From Heterodontus francisci (Eukaryota): DNA of 64,000 nucleotides. Position 1 is the first letter of the stretch, and each line of letters begins with the position of its first letter. Positions 35,306-64,000 of this stretch are shown here, piece by piece. The stretch spans positions 7,544,123-7,608,122 of the forward strand of contig NC_090412.1 of the NCBI RefSeq assembly GCF_036365525.1. The letters run 5' to 3'. The position numbers and the translations under genes are program-made. The notes under the pieces were generated by a model. That model searched no databases. It saw only the letters and a list, made by a program, of their open reading frames with translations, and was not told where the DNA came from.

Positions 35306-36429
35306 TGGATGACATCACTGAAAGGGTCAATGTACTGTTGTCACTTGATGTTCACACACATGTATTTCTCTAGACAGCGATCAGGAATGGTAACTAGCAG
35401 ATTTTTCCTAAGAGTACAGAGACTATCATATAGCTCCCATTGCCAAGAGTTGAATCAGCTCAGACCTGGGTTATTGTCAATCTGCATGGTTCCATGAATT
35501 CACTGCAATTGGATAAACTCAGCCATCAGGCAACACATGTTCCAAACGAGCTCCCATTGTTTCAGTTGTGTGCTTGCAAAATCAAGTGCCGTCTCTTCCC
35601 TTTGGCCCAGAATAGTTATTGATTTTGCCCTTTTTCCAACTAAGCAAATATTTCTGAGCTGTGCTGAACCCAACCTTTGTACTTTAAATGTAAATTTTTG
35701 TTGTTTACTGTTGCACAGGGCAAATGCTGAAAATGTTACTTTCTTTAAAATAAACTCGTGTGCTGCAGAAATACTGTCAATGTTTTTTTCCGACTCCTGC
35801 CTCCTCCAATGTTCTCCCCTCCAAATGTCAAGGTATCATTCGATAGGTACTACCACAACGCTCCTTATACAAATGGCCGTGTTCCATGCCTGAGCCTAAA
35901 TAGTCAGATTCAGCAGGTTTTTGACCTGTACTTTGCAGCCCATCCAATTCTGACCAACCTACAGCACGGACAAGAATCTTGGTCAGTTTTTTTCCCATCC
36001 CTCACCCGGCAAGGTGACCAAAAGTGTGGTTGAAGGTGTAGATTTTGCAGAGTCATCAGAACCTTTCTAGCTGTCCCCACCTGCACTGGTCTTATTGCAC
36101 ACTGCAGTCTGATTGAACGATGTTATAAATACTGAGTCTGTTCACAGTAATTTGAATGTGGGGAAGATGTTGCAAGATAGAGGAGGTTAGAAAGAGAATT
36201 CCAGAGTGTGGCATGTGATAACTGAAGGCTTTGTAACTGATGGCAGAAAGATAGGGGCAGGGAGGGTGTGTAACAGAACAAGAAGTAGTTCAGACTAAGT
36301 GTCAAACTGGAACTTCTCGGATCAGGTAAGGTCATTAGTACTGGTTGCATTTACCAAATTAGCTGTTAAGAGATCTGCATAGATTCTTATTGTAGATAAA
36401 GTGATGAAGCATTACTACACAATCCTTTG

Positions 36430-36750
36430 AGGGAAACCCTTCAAGTATTTATCCAATTCACTTTTCTAAGTTATTACTGAATCTGTTTCAAATTACCCTC
36501 TCAGGCAGCGCGTTCCAGATCATAACTTGCTGCGTAAAAGGGAAAAAATACCTAGTTTCAGATGCTTTTGCTAATTACCTTAAATCTGTATTCTCTGGTT
36601 ACCAACACTTCTGCCATGAGAAACAGTTTCTCCTTATTTACTCTATCAAAGCCCTTCATAATTTTGAACACCTCTATTAAAAATCCCCTTATCCTTCTCT
36701 GCTAGGAGAACAACTCCAGCTTCTCTAGTCTCTCCCCATAACTGAATAAT
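36430..36750 (-). mobile_element. CR1 fragment
   Basis: Similar to 59110-59480 (reverse complement of a GDLIEVFKIMKGFDRV-like segment). Confidence 0.7.
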
Positions 36751-37664
36751 AGGGATCGTGCATGCCCCATTCAGAGGATCACAGACCTGAACCTCTCTAA
36801 TGTTCTGCCCAGCACATTGAAGCTTGTGTACTCTGCTATCCTCACGTTCTATACAACCAGAAAAATTACTGAAAATGGTTGAGCAGCTTTGTGGTGTCGC
36901 AGACATCTTATAGAAATATAATCCGTAAACTGCAGAATGATATATAAAAATTTTACTGATCTTCAAATGTGCTGGGTGGTGCCTTCACCCGTTAGACCCA
37001 ATATGTTATTGGATACCCCTGTCAACTCCTGATTGTGGGTGTATGCATCATTTAGAAATTGAGAACAGTGTTTATTCTGAATTTCAGTGCAGTATTGAGG
37101 TAGTGGTGCATTGCTGGAGGAGCTATCATTTACAGGCGATGGTAAATTCAAACTACTTGTTCAGATGAATCCAAATCTGCCTGCAACCAAAATCACCAGA
37201 AACAAACTGACCGGTCATTCATCTCATTGCTATTTATGGAATCATGCAGCACTCAAACTGACCACTACATTTACTTACGTAACAGTGGCTACACTTCAAA
37301 AGCAAGTTGTCATTTGTAAAGGGCTGTGGGGCGTTCGGAGAGTGAGATAATGACTCTGTTCCTCATTACATCATTTGTCAAGTTCTGATATTTGCATTTA
37401 TTTACAATTACAAAAATAGTTTCTGCAAGATTTTATGGAAAATTTTAAGATATAAAAAGATGCATTATCTCACAGATTCTAGTCCTAAACAATAGTTTGC
37501 TTTCAAAGTATTTCAGTTTATGGTGAATCTCAGCTAGCTTTAAAGGCTACTTGACTTCAGTGACAGAACATTAGTCATCATGAAACTGTAGATTTCACAG
37601 CAGCGATAAAGTATTAAAAACTGGACGTCAATGCGGTCATGTTGCAATGGTGCCACAGCAGGCT

Positions 37665-55851
<18,187 letters not shown>

Positions 55852-55855
55852 TGCC

Positions 55856-55987
55856 GGTCCGTCACTTAATATCTTCCCCGTCAGTCCGTCACTTAATATC
55901 TTCCCCGTCGGTCCGTCACTTAATATCTTCCCCATCGGTCCGTCACTTAAAATCTTCCCCGTCGGTCCGTCCGTTATTATCTTCCCC
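55856..55987. repeat. 27-bp tandem repeat, ~5 copies, immediately upstream of the ECD ATG
   Basis: Unit GGTCCGTCACTTAATATCTTCCCCGTC at 55856, 55883, 55910, 55937 and 55964. Confidence 0.95.
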
Positions 55988-56009
55988 AGCAAAGTGGTTA
56001 ACTCTTACA

Positions 56010-59000
56010 TGCCCTCTGAAATGTCCTAACAAGCCACTCAGTTGTACCTCACCGCTACAAAGTCAATAAAAAGGAATGAAACCAGACGGACCACCCGGCA
56101 TCGACCTAGGCACCGGAAACGACAACGGCAAACCCAGCCCTGTCGACCCTACAAAGTCCTCCTTACTAACATCTGGGGGCTTGTGCCAAAGGTTGGGAGA
56201 GCTGTCCCACAGACTAGTCAAGCAACAGTCTGACGTAGTCATACTCACGGAATCATACCTTACAGACAATGTCCCAGACTCTGCCATCACCATCCCCGGG
56301 TATGTCCTGTCCCACTGGCAGGACAGACCCAGCAGAGGTGGTGGCACAGTGGTATACAGTAGGGAGGGAGTTGCCCTGGGAGTCCTCAACATCAACTGTG
56401 GACGCCATAAAGTCGCATGACGTCAGGTCAAACATGGGCAAGCAAACCTCCTACTGATACCACCTACCGCCCTTTCTCGGCTGATGACTGAGTACTCCTC
56501 CAAGTTGAACAGCACTTGGAGGAAGCACTGAGAGTGGCCAGGGCACAAAATGTACTCTGGGCGGGGGACTTCAATGTCCATCACCAAGAGTGGCTCGGTA
56601 GTACCATTACTGACCGAGCTGGCCGAGTCCTAAAGGACATAGCTGCGAGACTGGGTCTGCCGCAGGTGGTGAGGGAACCTACAAGAGGGGAAAACATACT
56701 TGACCCCATCCTCACCAAACTACCTGCCGCAGATGCATCTGTCCATGACAGTATTGATAGGGGTGACCACCACACAGTCGTTGTGGAGACGAAGTCCCGC
56801 CTTCACACTGAGGATACCCTCCTTCGTGTTGTATGGCACTACCACCGTGCTAAATAGGATAGATTTTGAACAGATCTAGCAATGCAAATCTGGGCATCTA
56901 TGAGGCACTGTAGGCCATCAGCAGGAGCAGAATTCTATTCAACCACAATCTGTAACCTCGTGGCCCGGCATATCACCCACTCTACCATTTCCATCAAGCC
57001 AGGAGGCCAACCCTGGTTTAATGAAGAGTGCAGGAGATCATGCCAGGAGCAGCACCAGGCATAGCTCAAAATGAGGTCAACCTGGTGAAGCTACAACACA
57101 GGATTATCTGAGTGCCTAACTGCGTAAGCAGCATGCGATAGACAGGGCTAAGTGATCCCATAACCAATGGATCAGATCTAAGCTCTGCAGTCCTGCTACA
57201 TCCAACCGTGAATGATGGTGGACAATTAAACAACTAACTGGAGGAGGTGGCTCCACAAATATCCCCATCCTCAATGATGGGGGAGCCCAGCACGTCAGTG
57301 TGAAAGATAAGGCTGAAGCATCTGCAACAATCTTCAGCCAGAAATGCCGAGTTGATGATTCATCTCGGCCTCCTCCTGAAGTCCCCAGCATCACAGATGC
57401 CAGACTTCTGCCAATTCAATTCACTCCGTGTGATATCAAGAAACGACTGAAGGCACTGGATACTGCAAAGGCTATGGGCCCTGACAATATTCCGGCAATA
57501 GTACTGAAGACCTGTGTTCCAGAACTTGCCGCGCCCCTAGCCAAGCTGTTCCAGTACAGCTGCAACACTGGCATCGAGCCTGCAATGTGGAAAATTGCCC
57601 AGGTATGTCCTGTACACAAAAAGCAGGACAAGTCCAACCCAGCCAATTACTGCCCCATCAACCTACTCTCAATCATCAGTAAAGTGATGGACGGTGTCTT
57701 CAACAGTGCCATCAAGCAGCACTTGCTTAGCAATAACCTGCTCAGTGACTCTCAGTTTGGGTTCTGCCAGGGCCACTCAGCTCCTGACCTCATTACAGCC
57801 TTGGTTCAAACATGGACAAAAGAGCTGAACTCAAGAGGTGAGGTGAGAGTGACTGCCCTTGACATCAAAGCAGCATTTGACCGGGTATGGCATCAAGGAG
57901 CTATAGCAAAACTGAGGTCAATGGGAATCGGGGGGAACCCTCCGCTGGTTGGAGTCATCCCTAGCACAAAGGAAGATGGTTGTGGTTGCTGGAGGTCAAT
58001 CATCTGAGCTCCAGGACATCACTGCAGGAGTTCCTCAGGGTAGTGTCTTAGGCCCAACCATCTTCAGCTGCTTCATCAATCACCTTCCTTTAATCATAAC
58101 GTCAGAAGCGGGGATGTTCGTTGATGATTGTACAATGTTCAGCACCATTCGTGACTCCTCAGATACTGAAGCAATCCTTGTAGAAATTCAGCAAGACCTG
58201 GACAATATCCATCCAGGCTTGGGCTGATAAGTGGCAAGTAACATTTGCGCCACAGAAGTGCCAGGCAATGACCATCTGCAACAAGAGAAAATCTAACCAT
58301 CTCTCCATGCCACTGAGTGTCATTACCATTGCTGAATTCCCCACTATCAACATCCTAGAGGCTACCATTGATCAGAAACTGAACTGGAGTAGCCATATAA
58401 ATACCGTGGCTACAAGAGCAGGTCAGAGGCTAGGAATCCTGTGGCGAATAACTCACCTCCTGACTCCCCAAAGCCTGTCCACCATCTACAAGGCACAAGT
58501 CAGGAGTGTGATGGAATACTCTCCACTTGCCTGGATGGGTGCAGCTCCAATAACACTCAAGAAGCTCAACACCATCCAGGACAAAGCAGCCCCCTTGATT
58601 GGCACCCCATCCACAAACATTCACTCCCTCCACCACCGACGCACAGTGGCAGCAGTGTGTACCATCTACAAGATGCACTGCAGCAATGCACCAAGGCTCC
58701 TTCGACAGCACCTTCCAAACCCGCGACCTCTACCAACTAGAAGGACAAGGGCAACAAATGCATGGGAACACCACCACCTGCAAGTTCCCCTCCTAGTCAC
58801 ACACCATCATGACTTGGAACTATATCGCCGTTCCTTCACTGTTGCTGGGTCAAAATCCTGGACCTCCCTTCCTAACAGCACTGTGGGTGTACCTACCCCA
58901 CATGGACTGCAGCAGTTGAAGAAGGCAGCTCACCACCACCTTCTCAAGGGCAATTAGGGATGGGCAATAAATGCTGGCCTGGCCAGCGACGCCCACATCC

Positions 59001-59015
59001 CATGAATTAATTTTT
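56010..59015 (+). mobile_element. CR1/L2-group LINE with near-complete but disrupted ORF2 (APE endonuclease plus RT)
   Basis: ORF pieces 56076-56420 (VILTESYL, RGGGTVVY), 56516-56857 (GDFNVHH, PTRGENILD, GDHHTV), 57300-58007 (KAMGPDNIP, SQFGF, ALDIKAAFDRVWH), 57949-58227 (GVPQGSVLGP, MFVDD) and 58268-58957, with several stops and frameshifts. Confidence 0.93.
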
Positions 59016-59029
59016 TAAAAAGCCCATCG

Positions 59030-59765
59030 CTCAGAATGGCAGAATTGCTACAGCTTGGACGGTGGCCATTCGGCCCGTCGTGTTTGTGCTGGCTCTCTGA
59101 AAGAGCAGTTTACCTAACGCCATTCCTCTGCTTTCTCCCCATAGCCCTGCACATTCTTCCTTTTGAGATAACAACCCAATTCCTCTTAAATGCCTGGATT
59201 GAACTCGCCTCCACCACACTTTCAGGCAGAGTATTCCAGATCCTAACCACTCGCTGCCTGAAAAAGGTTTTCCTCATGTTACCATTGTTTCTTTTGCCAA
59301 TTATCTTAAATCCCTGCCCTGTTGTTCTCGATCCTTCCACCAGTGGGAACAGTTTTTCCTTATGCACCCTGTCCAGACCCCTCATGATTTTGAACATCTC
59401 TATCAAATCTCCTCTCAACCTTCTCCTCTAAGGAAAAGAGTCCCAACTTCTCCAATTTATCTACGTAACTGAATTTACTCATCCCTGGGACCATTCTCGT
59501 GAATCTTTTCTGCATTCTCTCTAATGCCTTCACACCTTTCCTAAAGTGTGGTGCCCAGAACTGGACACAATACTCCAGATGAGGCCTAACTAGTGTTCTA
59601 TACAAGGTAACATAAATTCCTTGCTTTTGTACTCTATGCCCCTATTAATGAAGCCCAGGATACTGTATGTTTTATTAACCATGCTGTCAACCCGTCCTGT
59701 CACCTTCAGTGATTTCTCCACAGATACACCCAGGTCCCTTTGCTCCTGCACCCCCTTTAGAATTT
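59030..59765 (-). mobile_element. CR1 LINE 3' fragment
   Basis: Minus ORFs 59360-59605 (YRTLVRPHLEYCVQFWAPH) and 59110-59418 (RGDLIEMFKIMRGLDRV..VVRIWNTLPE). Confidence 0.92.
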
Positions 59766-59799
59766 AGCTCAATGACAACCCCCGATGCACAAACCACAG

Positions 59800-59997
59800 C
59801 AATCACATGGTGCATGTCCACGATGTCATCCAGCTCCGTGCTGTAATCCAGATCAATGACGTCACCCAGGTCCATGGTGACATCATATCAGTGACATCAA
59901 AGTTACAAATTTCGAATCGGGGCGCGTGATGGAGCCAACTGTCAGATGAATATTCATTAAATCACAAATTATGATTAAAATGTATCTGTATGTGAGT
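59800..59997. promoter_or_regulatory. Putative promoter or enhancer with clustered CRE/ATF-like sites
   Basis: TGACGTCA at 59857, TGACATCA at 59878 and 59892, CGATGTCA at 59821, local CpG enrichment (GGGGCGCG) and a GTGAGT donor-like site at 59992. Confidence 0.4.
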
Positions 59998-60324
59998 CAG
60001 ATTTAAATTTTATCCCAGTACTATATACTTTAAATATTTATTTTATTGTTGTCTGCCTGTGAAAGTTTTACAATTTTGAAGGTGCTAGAGAAATGCAAAT
60101 ATTGTTGTTGTTGTGCTTCACCAATATCGAAAACTGACTGGAAAATATACAGAAAACATGCAGTTAAAAGTTTAAAGAGCAATGTCTACTGGTAAATGAT
60201 CTTGCTTACTATTGTACCAGGTGTGAAATGTACAATGCTTGAATTTCATTGAGAAAGTTATAGACCAGGACACCATCAGGGTTGGAAATGGTAGAAGAGC
60301 GGATGAGATATTGAATCACACCAT

Positions 60325-60985
60325 CAAGTCTACAACACAGAAACAGGCCATTTGGCCCAACTGGCCAATACTGGTGTTTACGCTCCATATGAGCCTCCTC
60401 CCACCCTACATCATCTCACCCTATCAGCATAACTTATTCCTTTCCCCCTCATGTGCTTATCCAGCCTCCCCCTCAATACATCTCTGCTATTCGCCACAGC
60501 TACAACTTGTGGTAGTGAGTGTTAATTGTATATTAATTGTACTTAATTGTATGCTGGTTGTGGGCATTAACTGGGGATTCACTTGTGCCCCTATAAATAG
60601 GAACAGACTGAAACTGTGGTTGTTGGGTGAGGAGGTGCATGTTTTGTAATGTGTATCTCAAAAATAAATGCATATAAAAGTGTGTAAAGATTGGCTCCAG
60701 TTCTATCCTTCACTGCCTGGCTTTCTAGAATACAACAGCAAGTTCCATGTTCTCTGGATAAAGAAGTTTCTGCCAAATTACCAATTGGATTTATTCGTAA
60801 ATTTCCTATATTCATGGCCCCTAGTTTTGGCCCCCCCCTACAAGTGGAAACATATTCTCTGTGTCTGTCTTATCAAACCCTTTCATAATTTTAAAGACCT
60901 CTATCTCTTGTGGAGAACAGAAGCCTAGCCTGTTCAGCCTTTTCTGGTTAATTTATCCTCTCCATTCTGGTATCATCCTTGTAAA
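60325..60985 (-). mobile_element. Degenerate CR1 3' fragment(s)
   Basis: Similar to 11845-12300 (CAGGCCATTTGGCCCAAC, ATGGCCCCTAGTTTTGG, TATCAAACCCTTTCATAAT). Confidence 0.65.
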
Positions 60986-63120
60986 TCCAGAAGCAGTATT
61001 TGGTAATACTGAACTTGCTTTATAGACTGTAGGAAGAATGAAATGCTGAGCATTTTAGGGAGTTCCACAATTCTGCGTTCCTGGAAAAGAGTGGGTTGAA
61101 TGAGCTGACATTTCAAGACTGTGAGGATGAAGGGAGGGGAAGGAGTACAGGATGGCATGTTGGGAGTTTAGACAGAACAAGAGGAAAGTTCAAGAAATCA
61201 ATGACCCAGAAGGAAAAAGATTCATGGCCTTATTTCCAAGGGCCATTAGGGATGGGCAATAAATGCTATCCTAGCTAGTGACGTCCACATCCCATGAACG
61301 AATAAGAAAAACGTAGAGAAAGGAAGGGTCAGCTGGGGAAAAGGCTGGAGGCTAGGAATGGGAGAGCTATTGTCTATCAGAAAACAGACCTTTTTTGATA
61401 TTTTGTCCAGACGCTCAAATGAAGGTTTTCCCAAATCATGTATGAGATAAATTCATTTGAGGGAAAGCCATTTGATCCACTTAGCTAGCCAGAAGTCCCC
61501 TTCACTTTGCTCATTATGGCACTCAATTCTTTCTTAAACTAATTTGCACCACTACTCTACCCGATTGTCCATGCATTGTGTGGAAAGAAACGTCCTGACA
61601 TCTGTTCTAAACTTGCCTTTTCCTTGTTTGAGTCTCTGTCCCCTTGTCCTAATCTCAGTTTATTAATGTTCCAGATCTACTTTTCTCATACCGATTACTA
61701 TCTTATGCTTCAACAAAGACATTTCTCTGTGAGTTCCAATGAAAGGTCATCGACCTGAAAAGTTAACTGATTCTATCTCCACAGATGCTGCCAGACCTGC
61801 TGAGTATTTCCAGCATTTTCTGTTTAGATTTCATTTCACAGACACCTTATTTTAGGGTTGTGTTTACCTAGATATCAACAGTGACCACTTCAAAAGTAAC
61901 TTATTGGGTGTGAAGTTTTTTGGGACATCCAGAGGTATTGATGCAGGGGTGGGACAATAAACAATTGCTGGAGATTCTCTGGCTGCGATCAGATAGATAA
62001 AAGTGGAACCAAGTGAGGAGAGGTCCAACTGAGCTGAACAACAGGAGAAGCTTTGGAGGTAGTTCTGGGGTTGGCTGAGTCAAAGGCTGCAGAGAGGTTG
62101 AGGAAAACAAGGAGGGATAATGGGCAGTCACAGTCACAGAGGAAGTCACTTGTGATTTTGGTTAGTGCCATTTTGATGCTACAGCCTAGCCAAGAAGTGC
62201 TTTGGGTCCTTTGGAGCTCTTTGGGACTCACTCAGGGTTTATTTAAATGTTGCAAGAGTGTGTAAGCTGCCTACTGCACTCTCAAAGCATTTAGACTTTC
62301 ATGGCTGGGAGCAGAGGTCTGTGCACCCTGAAACTATACCCAGAATTGTCCTGACAATTAGATTTACAGCTGTGTATCTGACATTACCTGGCTGGTAATG
62401 ACTAATTTGTGTATCAATTCAATCAGTGTTGAATCTGTCACTTAATGATGCATGCCAGTGTCAGCCATGGTGTAGCTGACATGGTTTTGGCAAAGTATGG
62501 CAACAATTTTGTATTTTTCTTTGTGCAATTTAAATCAGAAAGGAACATTTCCAAGGAAATACAGAAAAAAAGGGCATCTAATGGGAAAGTTGCAGCTTGA
62601 TCTGGGACCATTATCTATAAAATATTAAAATTCTTGCGTCCACATGAATTTCCTGTCCAAAGTAAAATGTAAAAATTTAAATGCTAAAAGTTTTAATCAA
62701 TTTGTCAATAATTAGCATTGAAATGGTCTATGTAATCATTTAGAAATAAACAGTTGCCGGTAATGATGTACTAGCAGGCTCTGGTTTGCAATGGTGTGGA
62801 GCAAGTATAGTGTATTGTTCATTTATTTCTCATTTGACATGTTGGGTACTGTTGTACGAGACTCCACCTGGTACACAGCATTGAACTTGGGCAAGGTTTT
62901 GCAAGGCGTCCTATCTGCTTCTACCATGCTGAAGGCTAGTGTTTGACAAATAGCTAAGAAGAAACTCTGAGGCTTGGGACAACAGCGAAGAAAAGGCATT
63001 ACCTAGAGGACAGGTATGTGAACACCTTAATTGGGTTGCAGGGAGGCAAGCAGTTACTTCTGAGGCTCAGCACTGCAAGTGATTGAACCACCATTGGATG
63101 TGATTTGGCATATGACCATA

Positions 63121-63610
63121 CAACAACAACAACTTATATTTATATAGTGCATTTAACATAATGAAACATCCCGAGGCGCTTCACAGGAGCATTATAAAAC
63201 AAAACATGACACTAAGCCACAAACGGCAATATTAAGTCAGATGACCAAAAGCTTGGTCAAAGAGGTGGGTTTTAAGGAATGTCTTAAAGGAGAGGTGGAG
63301 AGGCGTAGGGAGGGTATTCCAGAGCTTAGGGCCGAGGCAACTGAAAGACGGCAGCCAAGGGTGGAGCAATTAAAATCAGGGATTCACAAGAAGACAGAAT
63401 TAGATAAGCGCAGATATCTTGGAGGGTTGTGGGGCTGAAGGAGATTATAGAGATAGGGAGGGGGTGAGGCCACAGTGGAATTTGAAAACAAGGATGAGAA
63501 TGTTAAAATCAAGACGTTGCTTGACCGGGAGCCAGTGTAGATCAGCGAACACAGGGGTGATAGGTGAACGGGACTTTGTGTGAGTTAAGACACAGGCAGC
63601 AGAGCATACT
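63121..63610 (-). mobile_element. L2 LINE 3' end
   Basis: Minus ORF 63445-63717 contains SPITPVFADLHWLPVKQRLDFNILILVFK (L2 C-terminal motif). The tail reads CTATATAAAT..(GTT)n on the minus strand. A further L2-like RT remnant (LLVFLNLSAAFDS) lies at ~61970-62230. Confidence 0.85.
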
Positions 63611-64000
63611 GTGGCCCGAAGGATCATTGCAGCACATTGACACATTATGTGTTTTGCTGCTCTCCATGTAGTTTGAGAGGAGCTCAAATCCACTCCTGCC
63701 AGTTGTACAATGATCAATTAGTGTCTTTCTACCTCGGAGGAGGAGATAAGAATGATCTGTCTGGCGTTGGGTTAGCCCTATGATGACACACAATAGGAGA
63801 TTAGAACTTAGTTGAATCTTTGTGGAACATGATCAAATATTACCATATACCTGACATCAGGCAAAAAAAACAGATCATTAGAATTGTTAGGGTACCAATG
63901 AATGATCAGAGATTCAAGTACTTGTGACTGATTCTTGTGAGTGCAGCATTAGCAGTCCCGCAGGAAAAATGGCAAAACTTAATTAGAAATACACTGACAA

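Noticed and set aside
62954-63019. Possible 60-nt exon (LRRNSEAWDNSEEKALPRGQ) ending CAG|GTATGT
   Set aside because: Weak acceptor and no recognisable homology (not the FAM149B1 N-terminus as I recall it), so it cannot be supported.

Overview
Vertebrate genomic DNA, most likely from a shark or other cartilaginous fish (inferred from V-SINE/HE1-like and DeuSINE-like SINEs plus abundant CR1, L2, RTE and Penelope retroelements). Three complete intron-containing genes can be rebuilt by hand with canonical GT-AG junctions and consistent phases. They are NUDT13 (+, 8 coding exons, 339 aa), a divergent SLC35D3-like nucleotide-sugar-transporter gene (+, 3 exons, 315 aa) and ECD/ecdysoneless (-, 13 exons, 644 aa). 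The SLC35D3-like gene lies between NUDT13 and ECD, which I recall as direct neighbours in human. The left end is a CpG-rich, probably bidirectional promoter with a tandem array of four CTCF-like motifs. Other notable items: a Penelope-like element carrying a minimal hammerhead-ribozyme motif; ~240-bp inverted repeats enclosing a young RTE retrotransposon (uninterrupted ORF, 12-bp target-site duplication) inserted in a SINE; a 27-bp in-frame tandem repeat just upstream of the ECD start; and a ~3-kb LINE abutting the ECD 5' end. I see no prokaryote-type system and no CRISPR array. All identifications rest on manual translation and remembered homologs, not database searches. Repeat boundaries are approximate.
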